Shown: positions 44,292 through 53,654 of the stretch, piece after piece
Position numbering within the stretch: the first letter of the stretch is position 1
Layout: every line of letters begins with the position of its first letter
Virus record (IMG/VR): IMGVR_UViG_3300044951_001136
Source of the DNA: a virus
Taxonomy: Duplodnaviria > Heunggongvirae > Uroviricota > Caudoviricetes
Direction: 5' to 3' (one strand)
DNA: 64,000 nucleotides
Translations under genes and position numbers: made by a program
Notes under the pieces: generated by a model
What the model was told of the DNA's origin: nothing
Databases searched by the model: none
Seen by the model: only the letters and a program-made list of their open reading frames with translations

Positions 44292-46268
44292 ATGAGCCAT
44301 TTGTTTCCAAACACAAACACAAATACAAACATAATCAAATTGTCAACTGCAACAAAGAAGATTGATTTAGATTTTATGCGGCCGCTGCAAAAGAAATATT
44401 TGCACGACAATCTTTTTACTTCTATTGCCGATTCTGAACTAGCTAACGACAATCGTATTACAATCATACCTGCAGGGACTAACGCAGGCAAATCTACTGT
44501 GATTACTAAAATCACAATCCCATCTGTGATCCAGCGTGATTCGTCAGTGAAAACTATCGTGTTCACATCACCTGATAGTGGGTGTGTATCTGGTCCTTAC
44601 CATAAGTTTCACGCAGAGTGGAATGAAAGGCGTATTCAGTGTGATGATGGTAAAATCAAAACGATTCGTGCCCGCTGCAAGGATGAAATTAAAAAGTCAT
44701 GGGAACTACATGAACTAACACCGGAAAATGTAGTTGATGTTTGGTTTGTGTCTACTCAGTGGCTCGGCCGTATCTGGGGAAGCTATCGTGATCCGGCTAT
44801 TCCTAAAAATATAGGAGTCCCTCAATATATTTTTGTTGATGAAATTCACTTTGGTATGGGTACAATTGATGCTACTACAATCTTTTATGATCAAGGTCGT
44901 AATAACAAAAACTTTGACCCCAAGTGGTTGCCTACTATAAATGGTATGGCAGTTGCCGGATCGCGTGTCTTAGGTTATACCGGTACTGCTACTGTAAGTC
45001 AGCAAGGCGGAACTACATTGGGTGCTAAGGTGTTTAAATCGTTGTCCCCTATGCCTGAGTATAAAAATACTAGTGTGTTTGCAGAAATGACACCTATTAA
45101 ACCATATGTCAATTCATCTACTTACCGGAGTGAATTGTTGAATACATATGAATTGTCAAAGTTGACTTATGAAGTGACTGTTGAAAAGTGTGATAAATTT
45201 TTCAATGACATTGATGTAGAAACTTGGAAAAAGGCAATGGAAATTGACATTGTTCAAATTATTCCCGGTGCGTTTTTTAAATTTGGGCGTTATGATGCCG
45301 GTAAGTCTATTCCATTGTATAAAACTCGTGGTCGGAAGAATAATTTCATAAATTTTGCTAAATCATTGCAAGCAGATATTGGTATTGTTACATCAGACGA
45401 AAAAGTGTATTTTAAAACAAGCCATAATCAATATAATAACTGCAATGATGCGTATGACATTATTGATTTGGCTAATAACAAATCTAATATTATAGATCCG
45501 TTTTTGCTAGGTGTGGTTATGCAAGGTAATATGGGTTGGGATATACCTAGACTGAAACAAATTTCATTCTTGGGTTATCCTAGCGCAAAGAATGTTTGCT
45601 TGATGCAATTGCAAACAATGGCAAGAGCAAAGCGTTTATTGTGCGGAGTATATGATCACACCGACAAAGCACGACAAATTGCTGAATTGGAGGTGTCACT
45701 TGAACAAAAAATTCTGTTGGCAAAGTATGTAGTGTTTGTTAATACTGTTAAAATTGTCATTCCCAATGATTCATCATTGCTAGATGTTGCGTTTGATCAG
45801 TTCCGGCAAAACATGCACACCCCTAATGAAGGGTTAGACTTGTATCTGAACATCATTCGCACTCATGTGCCCGTTGAAAAGAATAATGTAACTAAAGTGA
45901 TTAAGCCTCACTTTGATCAGGGTTACGATCCGGGTTCACAAAATCAAATGAACAAGAAAGACTATTGCCAACATTGCACCGACTTGGGATTAGTTGATGC
46001 TAAGGGAGTTACCTTCTGTAAACGTACTGGGAGCGTACAAGCAGATGATCTGGCGCTGCATAAATTGAAGCGTAAATTGACTGATGATGAATTCAATATG
46101 CATTGGAAAAGACAGTTGAAATGTGATCATCTTAACGGTGACCGAACTGACAATAGACCAGAAAATTTATATACCCGGTGTGCAAGCAGCGATGCGTTGA
46201 AAACCTCAATCAATGAGGATTACCTAAATAAATATGATCAAAATGGTAAGCGGGTAAACGGTGATTAA
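44292..46268 (+). CDS. DEAH-box helicase fused to C-terminal HNH endonuclease
   Basis: IPAGTNAGKST Walker A; IFVDEIHFG DEIH box; C-term CQHC...CDHLNGDRTDNRPENL HNH motif. Confidence 0.7.
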   Translation: MSHLFPNTNTNTNIIKLSTATKKIDLDFMRPLQKKYLHDNLFTSIADSELANDNRITIIPAGTNAGKSTVITKITIPSVIQRDSSVKTIVFTSPDSGCVSGPYHKFHAEWNERRIQCDDGKIKTIRARCKDEIKKSWELHELTPENVVDVWFVSTQWLGRIWGSYRDPAIPKNIGVPQYIFVDEIHFGMGTIDATTIFYDQGRNNKNFDPKWLPTINGMAVAGSRVLGYTGTATVSQQGGTTLGAKVFKSLSPMPEYKNTSVFAEMTPIKPYVNSSTYRSELLNTYELSKLTYEVTVEKCDKFFNDIDVETWKKAMEIDIVQIIPGAFFKFGRYDAGKSIPLYKTRGRKNNFINFAKSLQADIGIVTSDEKVYFKTSHNQYNNCNDAYDIIDLANNKSNIIDPFLLGVVMQGNMGWDIPRLKQISFLGYPSAKNVCLMQLQTMARAKRLLCGVYDHTDKARQIAELEVSLEQKILLAKYVVFVNTVKIVIPNDSSLLDVAFDQFRQNMHTPNEGLDLYLNIIRTHVPVEKNNVTKVIKPHFDQGYDPGSQNQMNKKDYCQHCTDLGLVDAKGVTFCKRTGSVQADDLALHKLKRKLTDDEFNMHWKRQLKCDHLNGDRTDNRPENLYTRCASSDALKTSINEDYLNKYDQNGKRVNGD

Positions 46269-46274
46269 TATAGT

Positions 46275-46303
46275 TTGACAATATCTACATAGTAATATAT
46301 AAT
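46275..46303 (+). promoter_or_regulatory. perfect sigma70 consensus promoter TTGACA-N17-TATAAT; -10 ends 8 nt before ATG 46312
   Basis: Read in sequence. Confidence 0.65.
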
Positions 46304-46311
46304 ACACACAT

Positions 46312-47307
46312 ATGAAATACGCCCTGATCGATACCGCAAATACATTTTTTCGTGCCCGGCACATTGCATCACGCAGTAGTACAGTTGAGGAGAAAATAGG
46401 AATGGCCCTACATCTTACCTTGGCTAGCACAAATCAAATTGTGCGTAAGTTTGGGGTGGATCATGTGGTCTTCTGCTTGGAGGGGAAAAGCTGGCGCAAA
46501 AACTTCTATGCTCCGTACAAGAAGAACCGCGTAGTAGATACCTTGTCTCAAACAGTAGCTGAGGCCGATGAGAACACCCTGTTTTGGACCACGTATGAGA
46601 CATTTTGCACATATCTTAAAGACCGCACAAACTGTAGTGTCCTGCGTGATCCAAAAGCTGAGGCTGATGACTTGATTGCACGATTCATTCACTTGCATCC
46701 CGATGATGAACATTTTATTATCAGTAGCGATACTGATTATTTGCAACTTATCACTCCCAAGGTAAAACAGTATAACGGTGTCGCTGGGCATCTAATCACA
46801 CTTGAAGGATATTTTGATGACAAGGGTAAACCTGTAAAGGACAAAGAAAAGAATATTAAACTACTAGAGGATCCACAATATCTGCTGTTCAAGAAGACCA
46901 TGAGGGGTGATGCCACTGACAATGTGTTTTCGGCTTATCCGGGTGTAAGAGAAAAAGGTACACAAAAGAAAGCTGGATTGATTGAGGCATACGCTGATAG
47001 AACTAAGCAAGGCTATGCGTGGAACAATCTGATGTTGCAACATTGGCAGGACCACAATGGTGTGGAACATCGTGTGCGTGATGATTATGAACGCAATCGG
47101 GTACTCATAGACTTGACAGCCCAGCCCGATGATGTTAAACTGTCAGTAGACACACATATTCGTGAGGGTGTTCGTACAACTACTATTCCGCAAGTTGGTA
47201 TTCACTTTCTGAAGTTTTGTGGTAAATACGATTTGGCTAAAATTAGTACAAATGCTGAGACTTATGCAAAATGGCTTAACAGTCCTTATGAGGGTATTTT
47301 GAAATGA
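46312..47307 (+). CDS. 5'-3' exonuclease / flap endonuclease (T4 RNase H-like)
   Basis: MKYALIDTANTFFRA N-term; AEADDLIA; conserved acidic clusters typical of the FEN family. Confidence 0.85.
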   Translation: MKYALIDTANTFFRARHIASRSSTVEEKIGMALHLTLASTNQIVRKFGVDHVVFCLEGKSWRKNFYAPYKKNRVVDTLSQTVAEADENTLFWTTYETFCTYLKDRTNCSVLRDPKAEADDLIARFIHLHPDDEHFIISSDTDYLQLITPKVKQYNGVAGHLITLEGYFDDKGKPVKDKEKNIKLLEDPQYLLFKKTMRGDATDNVFSAYPGVREKGTQKKAGLIEAYADRTKQGYAWNNLMLQHWQDHNGVEHRVRDDYERNRVLIDLTAQPDDVKLSVDTHIREGVRTTTIPQVGIHFLKFCGKYDLAKISTNAETYAKWLNSPYEGILK

Positions 47308-47537
47308 AGGTAACTGAATCATCTTTTCGCATTAAGACAATACGATGCGGTGATCCAGAGTTTACTATGATTGATAAAAAGGGTTTTGTTAATATTCCTA
47401 GGGCTAGTTTTGAAATTAACAGAGAATGTCCTGAAAATTATAAGCAAATTATATCTGACTGCATTAGTAATGGATGGTTGAAACCAGTAGCACACATGAA
47501 AGAGTCTGAATGGGTATGGGAAAAACTAGGAGAATAA
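47304..47537 (+). CDS. hypothetical protein (77 aa)
   Basis: ATGA-coupled ORF. Confidence 0.4.
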   Translation: MKVTESSFRIKTIRCGDPEFTMIDKKGFVNIPRASFEINRECPENYKQIISDCISNGWLKPVAHMKESEWVWEKLGE

Positions 47538-48377
47538 ATGGCACAGCACACACACTATTGGTCTTGCGGTCCACTCGCTGATTGGATTCGAGGCACTAAC
47601 AAACTTAAAGCAGGCACAGCCGAAGAATGGAATGAATGGACAACTCGGGCTCAAATGAAACATAACTTCCGCTATTGGGTAGCTGAAGAAGCCCTTGGTG
47701 ATATCCAAGATTTTGTCACTTGGCCTATTAGAAGTTTATACAGCATCAAGTATTACATCAATAATCGCTGGGTTAGTCGTACTCACAGTCTTACTGCCCA
47801 TGCGCGTGATATTAAGCCTGGTGATTGGTGCGATGTTGGTAATCGGTTTCTTCCTTGCTTGTTTAACGAACTGGTAGACTTTGTTGAAATTGAACAAGCA
47901 TGGTCACACATTGCCTGGGGTGATAAAACAGCCCGCGCTAAGTACAATCCTCCATTCTGGGCCAGTGGTTGGTGGCGTTGGAGGGTGTGGCGCTGTCCAC
48001 AGGCTGGGCTAGATCATCTTGATTGGGAAATGACACTTACCAATGAAGAATTCTTGGATGAAGATAAGAAAGGTGAGGCAGTACTTACTAGTCAAGCAAT
48101 TAGGGCCAAGGAACTCAAAGAACTTTATACTTGGTGGACAGTTACCTATCGCAATCGTCCCGATCCACATGATGCAAGTGGGTGGAGTGCTTACTGCGAT
48201 AGTTTGCGGAATGAACATGGTGATCACTGGATTGGGATGAATTCAAAAGATACTGCTAGTAAAAAAGCAAGCAACAAGGCCATGAAACTGTTATCCAAGA
48301 TTGAAAAAGCCTACGAAAAAGAAGATACAGAAATGCTGATTCGTTTAATTAAGATCAGGCAGAGTTTGTGGACATGA
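47538..48377 (+). CDS. hypothetical Trp-rich protein (279 aa)
   Basis: ORF. Confidence 0.5.
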   Translation: MAQHTHYWSCGPLADWIRGTNKLKAGTAEEWNEWTTRAQMKHNFRYWVAEEALGDIQDFVTWPIRSLYSIKYYINNRWVSRTHSLTAHARDIKPGDWCDVGNRFLPCLFNELVDFVEIEQAWSHIAWGDKTARAKYNPPFWASGWWRWRVWRCPQAGLDHLDWEMTLTNEEFLDEDKKGEAVLTSQAIRAKELKELYTWWTVTYRNRPDPHDASGWSAYCDSLRNEHGDHWIGMNSKDTASKKASNKAMKLLSKIEKAYEKEDTEMLIRLIKIRQSLWT

Positions 48378-48378
48378 T

Positions 48379-48843
48379 ATGAAAAAGATTTACTACGAAA
48401 AACTACTATCTAATGCAGGTAGGGTAATTTATAAACCTGTTGCAGAATATGACAGTGAATACATTGATAGTTTTCCAAAAGGTAATCATCTTGTGATGTG
48501 CTATCCGGGAGGGCAGAGTCGCAGGTACAACATCGATCCTAACTATGCAGCAATGATTGCAGCAGGCCGCGTAGCAGAGGATGCGATTACTCATGCTATA
48601 CGTGTGGCCAGTGAAATGCGTCCACAACAAACTCCTGTTACCAAAGGACAACAACGAGCATGGAAGAAATTGGCCAAAGAGTTTGGTGATGAACTTTGCT
48701 CATTGAGCCATTCAAGCGCACATGATATTGCCCAAGTAGCTATAAAGGCTTTACAAAAGGAAGCAGATGTGTTATACTCTAATCCAGCAGTTAAGAAAGC
48801 ATACGATCATTTCTTATTAGTTGCTGAATTAACAAAGGATTGA
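48379..48843 (+). CDS. hypothetical protein (154 aa)
   Basis: ORF. Confidence 0.5.
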   Translation: MKKIYYEKLLSNAGRVIYKPVAEYDSEYIDSFPKGNHLVMCYPGGQSRRYNIDPNYAAMIAAGRVAEDAITHAIRVASEMRPQQTPVTKGQQRAWKKLAKEFGDELCSLSHSSAHDIAQVAIKALQKEADVLYSNPAVKKAYDHFLLVAELTKD

Positions 48844-48961
48844 TCATGCAAAAGTGTATAACCAACAAATTCAATAGTGTATTTCTTCCTTATGAAGAAG
48901 GTATGATTGAATGGCTTATGAAGAATTACCCGCACAGTCAATATCGTGTAGTGGAGGTGGT

Positions 48962-49210
48962 ATGAACAACCAAATTAAATTACCAGCGCAAGAATGGTTA
49001 GGGTATGATCCTGAACAAGGAGATATGCACGGGTATACTTTTGATCAAATGAGAGAGTTCACCAAGTTGATTGTAGGTGAATGTTGTGCCATTCTGAATG
49101 AAATGCACTCGTGGCAGACTATGAATAATCAAGAATACTCAAGTACTTGGCATGATGCTGTAGATCAAGGTATTGATCAAATTAAAGAACATTTTGGAGT
49201 TGAAGAATGA
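48962..49210 (+). CDS. small protein, paralog of 49794..50003 (MNxQIKL ... FGVEE)
   Basis: Start moved to ATG 48962 after GGAGGTGG; shares N-term MNNQIKL and C-term EHFGVEE with the paralog. Confidence 0.45.
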   Translation: MNNQIKLPAQEWLGYDPEQGDMHGYTFDQMREFTKLIVGECCAILNEMHSWQTMNNQEYSSTWHDAVDQGIDQIKEHFGVEE

Positions 49211-49761
49211 AACAAGAATTAGATACGCTATTATGCGAGAAGTATCCAAAGATGATGGTCAACCGCAATAAATCTCCAATGGAGACTTGCATGTGTTGGG
49301 GTTTTTCATGCGGTGAAGGATGGTTCAATATATTGGATCAACTTATGGGCAATATCCAACATCATCTTGATTGGCAAGAGAAACAGCGTAAGTGGGCCAT
49401 AGATTATAACAATATGGCTACACAAGCCAGAGGGGGCAATTTTGATCTGTTTGAAGAAGAAATGAAAAGTGTTATCAATCCAGAGTACAAAGAAAAACGG
49501 CTTGCGGAAATTATTGCCGGAGACAGTAGACAAGTGCCTGAACCGATTCCACAAGTTACACTAGATCAAGTTAAAGAAAAGTTTGGCACACTACGCTTCT
49601 ACTACACAGGTGGCGATGATATTATTGACGGAATGGTCCGTATGGCAGAAAGCATGAGTGGGGTTACTTGTGAAGAATGCGGAGCTCCCGGTGAGCAAAC
49701 TAGTGGCGGTTGGATTAAAACAGTATGTGCAGCCCATAGTAACGAAAAAGAAAATGAATAA
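49207..49761 (+). CDS. hypothetical protein with C-terminal Cys4 zinc-ribbon-like motif
   Basis: CEECGAPG...CAAH. Confidence 0.5.
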   Translation: MKQELDTLLCEKYPKMMVNRNKSPMETCMCWGFSCGEGWFNILDQLMGNIQHHLDWQEKQRKWAIDYNNMATQARGGNFDLFEEEMKSVINPEYKEKRLAEIIAGDSRQVPEPIPQVTLDQVKEKFGTLRFYYTGGDDIIDGMVRMAESMSGVTCEECGAPGEQTSGGWIKTVCAAHSNEKENE

Positions 49762-49793
49762 ACGACTTTACTAAACATCCTAGCAGATATAAC

Positions 49794-50003
49794 ATGAACG
49801 AACAAATTAAACTGCTTGCTGAAGAAGCAACTAGAAAATACGACAGGCTAGGTAATGAAATCCCGTTTCCACAACCAGACTTAGAGGTGTTCGCCCGGTT
49901 GATTGTTATTAAATGCCTCGACATTGTTGATAAAAAAGTATCAGGCATGGTAGGAGTCGCTGCGATGAAAGAGATAGAAGAATATTTCGGAGTTGAAGAA
50001 TGA
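49794..50003 (+). CDS. small protein, paralog of 48962..49210
   Basis: MNEQIKL...EYFGVEE. Confidence 0.45.
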   Translation: MNEQIKLLAEEATRKYDRLGNEIPFPQPDLEVFARLIVIKCLDIVDKKVSGMVGVAAMKEIEEYFGVEE

Positions 50004-50263
50004 TCAATATAAATTTTTCTATTGACTATCCCTTCAGCACCCGCTTTGAAATATTAACAGGTACTAGCAAGCTACTCACTAAGAATAAAGCAGTTGAAGC
50101 CAATATTTACTGTACAGCAAATATTGTTAAATTAGCATTAGCATATTCAATTAGACAAGATCATGCTGGACTACGCATGGAATTTGGACTGTTTGGTTAC
50201 GAATGTGAATTGTACCTGTACGATACTCGTCACTGGAATGACAAAACACATCAATGGGAATAG
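50000..50263 (+). CDS. hypothetical protein (87 aa)
   Basis: ATGA-coupled ORF. Confidence 0.4.
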   Translation: MININFSIDYPFSTRFEILTGTSKLLTKNKAVEANIYCTANIVKLALAYSIRQDHAGLRMEFGLFGYECELYLYDTRHWNDKTHQWE

Positions 50264-50264
50264 T

Positions 50265-50558
50265 ATGGTAAGTCTAGCTGATTATTTTGCTAAGAATAGG
50301 CACAAGGCTAAATATGCATTTGGTCAACGAGTCTTTGGATATTGGAACAAAATTCCGTTTGTGGGTGCGATTGGACTTGATACTGTAATCAATGATACAA
50401 TTGGTCCGCAGTTTGTCATTCATTTAGATTTGCCAATTCGCTTTGCAGATGTAACCTATAATGTTATAGTAGACAAACAAAGTAATTTTAAAAAGATTAC
50501 AAAATTAATAGAAATGAAAGAAGATGACAAAACCACTAATCGCAAAACCCGTCGTTAA
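50265..50558 (+). CDS. hypothetical protein (97 aa)
   Basis: In-frame ATG 50265 chosen over 50163 to avoid a 100-nt overlap. Confidence 0.35.
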   Translation: MVSLADYFAKNRHKAKYAFGQRVFGYWNKIPFVGAIGLDTVINDTIGPQFVIHLDLPIRFADVTYNVIVDKQSNFKKITKLIEMKEDDKTTNRKTRR

Positions 50559-50982
50559 GAATCAATTTTGGATTGTTACTGATGGTACTGAAAAGGTAGG
50601 AAATGTTATTGCTGATGGGTCCGGCTTTGAGGTAAAACTTAACGGCAGTAAAACTCATTTTAAAAATACTAATAGTATTCAAAAGCAAACCAATATAGAG
50701 TTTCAAACCATTAAGCTAGATAAAACAAAAAAAGAAGTTCCTTTCAACGATTATCCCACTACCAAGAAGGCATATAACTCTATACTTGATATCAAGCGCA
50801 AGATACATGTTTTTACAAAAACACTGAAAAGCAAGTGCTTTCATGCCGCGGGTTGGTATGTTTTGTATCAAGGTGAAGAACCAAATATCATTTTTTGTCC
50901 TAAATACATCTTTATCCAGCGTTATGAGTATATGGGTCCTTATAAAACTGAGGACGAAGCAAAAACTCAGATAAATATCTAA
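50524..50982 (+). CDS. hypothetical protein (152 aa)
   Basis: ORF. Confidence 0.45.
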   Translation: MTKPLIAKPVVKNQFWIVTDGTEKVGNVIADGSGFEVKLNGSKTHFKNTNSIQKQTNIEFQTIKLDKTKKEVPFNDYPTTKKAYNSILDIKRKIHVFTKTLKSKCFHAAGWYVLYQGEEPNIIFCPKYIFIQRYEYMGPYKTEDEAKTQINI

Positions 50983-51179
50983 TGCATATTAAACGATTTA
51001 TTGATAGAGTAACTAATATTGAAAGTAGACAGGGTAAGGATGTGGTTATCCCATTATCCGATGCGCGTGGTCTGCGTGATGAATTAGCTAAATTGTTGGT
51101 AGATCACTATGAGGTTACTGAGGGAAAGAAAAACACTTCCGAAGTTATTCAACTTGAAATAGTCGGAGGTAAATTTTAA
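50982..51179 (+). CDS. hypothetical protein (65 aa)
   Basis: TAATG-coupled. Confidence 0.35.
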   Translation: MHIKRFIDRVTNIESRQGKDVVIPLSDARGLRDELAKLLVDHYEVTEGKKNTSEVIQLEIVGGKF

Positions 51180-51472
51180 TGGCAAGAATGCAACCAAAAG
51201 TATTATTAGAATTTGTAGATAAAGTAACATACAAGTCTGATCAAATCGTAGAAGCTGCAGGTATATGGGCTGTATTCTATGATGGTCAACCTATCAATTT
51301 AAAGTCACAGCACTATCAAGATCCGGATGCTACTCCCAAGTATAAGAAAACAAGTTTCAGTAATCCTGGACATGCACGGAATCTTTGTCGCAAACTAAAC
51401 ATACAATTTAAAACAGCTTTGTTCACTGTGGTGTTTATGAATACCGGTACCACAGTGTACCCAGATGAATGA
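51179..51472 (+). CDS. hypothetical protein (97 aa)
   Basis: TAATG-coupled. Confidence 0.4.
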   Translation: MARMQPKVLLEFVDKVTYKSDQIVEAAGIWAVFYDGQPINLKSQHYQDPDATPKYKKTSFSNPGHARNLCRKLNIQFKTALFTVVFMNTGTTVYPDE

Positions 51473-51854
51473 TAGACGAAAAGTAAAATACACAATCACT
51501 AGAGCAGTTATGGATCAACTGCCTAGTAATAACATCCCAATTGAAACAGTTATAAGTGATTGGTGGTTCACCAAATCAGGTGATAGTCTACGCCTCACCC
51601 CACAAGGTGATCTAATGTTTAGACAAGCAGAAATTGAATATTTTGACTTACCGGTTAAGATTAAACTTAACCATTGGTATAAGTTTCTAACTGAATGTAA
51701 TAAGAAAATTAAATGTCCATATTACTTTAGCGTAAATAAAACCATAGAAGCAAAAGAACCGTTTATAAGACTATATGATAGTAAGATAGCAATGATGCTA
51801 GCACTATATGGTGATATAGAAAGTTATTTAGAATCAGTTAGGGTGCGACAATAA
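51465..51854 (+). CDS. hypothetical protein (129 aa)
   Basis: ORF. Confidence 0.45.
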   Translation: MNDRRKVKYTITRAVMDQLPSNNIPIETVISDWWFTKSGDSLRLTPQGDLMFRQAEIEYFDLPVKIKLNHWYKFLTECNKKIKCPYYFSVNKTIEAKEPFIRLYDSKIAMMLALYGDIESYLESVRVRQ

Positions 51855-51870
51855 CTGAAGGAAAATCCAG

Positions 51871-52365
51871 TTAATACCACACACCTTCATTACGCATTCG
51901 TTTAATAAAAGACAAATAATTACTACATACACCGAAACATCGTAGGTGTACTGTACTGAACATTCCTCTATCCTGTATCTCAGGAAGAAATATAACACTG
52001 GTATTGTTTACAGGAACAGTACCGGGAGTAATAATTTTTCCATTACTTGCGGTTACCGGTGTACTTTCGGTAGCAGTGGGGAACCAGAAGTAGTTTGGGT
52101 AAAGATTGCTTGGTTGAGTTACAATCCAATTCTGCATATCACTATTCATGGCATTTAGCCAAAATCTAGGTCCTTGCAGATATTTCTCAGTCACTTCAGT
52201 AATTGGTTGATTAACACCCAAATAAAGTTTCCCACTATCGCGCCAGACATTCACCATGGTACTAAATCCATGATTCATGGATTTGGTTATTTGTTTAGGT
52301 AAGGCAGCATCCTCAAAATTAGTTCCATCGTAGATGCCCTGATAAGAAATGTATTGTAATTGCAT
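51871..52365 (-). CDS. hypothetical protein (164 aa)
   Basis: Only sizeable minus-strand ORF in this + strand block. Confidence 0.45.
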   Translation of the reverse strand: MQLQYISYQGIYDGTNFEDAALPKQITKSMNHGFSTMVNVWRDSGKLYLGVNQPITEVTEKYLQGPRFWLNAMNSDMQNWIVTQPSNLYPNYFWFPTATESTPVTASNGKIITPGTVPVNNTSVIFLPEIQDRGMFSTVHLRCFGVCSNYLSFIKRMRNEGVWY

Positions 52366-52467
52366 TTAGTATTTAGTCTTGTCAACGGTTCCGTGGGCTG
52401 CCACGTTATATATATGTAGACACAATAATGTTGCTACCAACTTTCATACTTTAAAAGGAAACCACAA

Positions 52468-52827
52468 ATGAAGAAAATCGTCACTGTTATCGCTACTTTA
52501 TTGGCCACTGCCGCCTTGGCTGCTGAGCCAGCCAAGACTACAGCACCCGCTGTTGCTGCACCCGCTGCGGCCCCGTCCAAGAAAGAAGAAGCTAAAAAGA
52601 CTCCAGCTGACAAAGTTGAAGCCGCGGCACCAGCCGCGGCTAAACCAGTAGCAGCACCTGCTAAGGCTACAGCACCAGCCAAAGAAGAACTTAAATTGGC
52701 TAAGAAAAAGGAAGACAAAAAAGTGGATGCCACTAAAAGTGATAAACCTGTCAAGGACAAAAAAGCTACAGATAAAGCTGCTCCAGCAGCACCGGCAGTC
52801 AAGCCAGCAACTCCTGCTTCTAAGTAA
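52468..52827 (+). CDS. secreted Ala/Pro/Lys-rich low-complexity protein (histone-H1/AlgP-like composition)
   Basis: Signal peptide MKKIVTVIATLLATAALAA; KPAAPA/AKK repeats; AAAGGAAACCACAAATG SD; locally GC-rich. Confidence 0.55.
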   Translation: MKKIVTVIATLLATAALAAEPAKTTAPAVAAPAAAPSKKEEAKKTPADKVEAAAPAAAKPVAAPAKATAPAKEELKLAKKKEDKKVDATKSDKPVKDKKATDKAAPAAPAVKPATPASK

Positions 52828-53028
52828 TCTAACAATAGACGACAATAATAGGGACGATGATGGCCCAGAAGATTTGGACTGTCATCGTGCATACAGTCGT
52901 CCTAAAGTCTACGAAGTAGACATAAAGGTTATAGATTTAGATGATGAACCATTATCTGATTATGTAATCGTAAGATTAGCAGTTGCCAGAGCAAAAGCTA
53001 TGCAGAAGTATAGAGAAACCTATATTGA

Positions 53029-53036
53029 AGTATAAA
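53029..53036 (+). promoter_or_regulatory. TATAAATA (exact T4 late -10 consensus) upstream of 53086
   Basis: agTATAAATAcag. Confidence 0.4.
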
Positions 53037-53085
53037 TACAGTTATGAGTTCTGTAAAAACTCATTACACACACAAAGGAAATATT

Positions 53086-53292
53086 ATGTTTACACCTGAA
53101 TTTTATATTGATCTGATTCAATCCTCAAAAAGGATGGCAACTAATCAAATTTACAAAGACGAGAGATTAAATAAAGTTGCCAATGACTTTATAGATGCCC
53201 AAACAGTCTTTGCAAAGATGCTAGCAAAGAATACAATAGAGATGTTGTCTTATGCTGCTGACAGTATCAGTAAAAACAAGTTATCCTCATAA
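53086..53292 (+). CDS. hypothetical protein (68 aa)
   Basis: Start moved to ATG 53086 after AAAGGAAAT SD. Confidence 0.4.
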   Translation: MFTPEFYIDLIQSSKRMATNQIYKDERLNKVANDFIDAQTVFAKMLAKNTIEMLSYAADSISKNKLSS

Positions 53293-53369
53293 TGAGGGTG
53301 AAATAGTCAAGGCAAAGACTGATAAAATAAGCCATTCACACACCGACATTAACACATAAGGAGATTAAT

Positions 53370-53639
53370 ATGTCAGAAAATACTTTTCCCAAGATGCCCG
53401 AAATTCGGGTATCAAAAAACGGTTACGAGATTCGTACCGAGATTCTTAAACAAGCACAGCACCTTACTAGCCAAGAGTTTTCATACAAATGGCAAGGCTG
53501 GGAAATGGCTCAATCAAAAGCCCAAGACGGTAGCATCTTAACCAAATTTGGTATGCCAGAGTTCCCGGGACTTGACAAAGTATTGGAAACTGCTGAAAAG
53601 ATGTATGCTTTCGTAAACCAAAACACACCTAAGAAGTAA
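53370..53639 (+). CDS. hypothetical protein (89 aa)
   Basis: TAAGGAG SD. Confidence 0.5.
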   Translation: MSENTFPKMPEIRVSKNGYEIRTEILKQAQHLTSQEFSYKWQGWEMAQSKAQDGSILTKFGMPEFPGLDKVLETAEKMYAFVNQNTPKK

Positions 53640-53654
53640 TTCTTACCCAAATAA

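Noticed and set aside
50163-50264. Long 5' extension of ORF 50163..50558 overlapping 50000..50263
   Set aside because: 100-nt out-of-frame overlap is unlikely when an in-frame ATG at 50265 directly follows the upstream stop. The extension was kept only as an alternative.
52434-52892. Minus-strand ORFs 52434..52892 and 52498..52845 overlapping the Ala/Pro/Lys-rich gene
   Set aside because: Low-complexity GC-rich repeat DNA gives open frames on both strands. The + strand frame has a signal peptide and SD. The antisense frames have neither and are treated as artefacts.
52727-53035. ORF 52727..53035 overlapping the end of the Ala/Pro/Lys-rich gene
   Set aside because: Its first 33 codons lie inside the better-supported 52468..52827 gene, and no in-frame ATG follows that gene's stop. 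A short product from TTG 52873 is possible but has no SD. Not reported as a feature.
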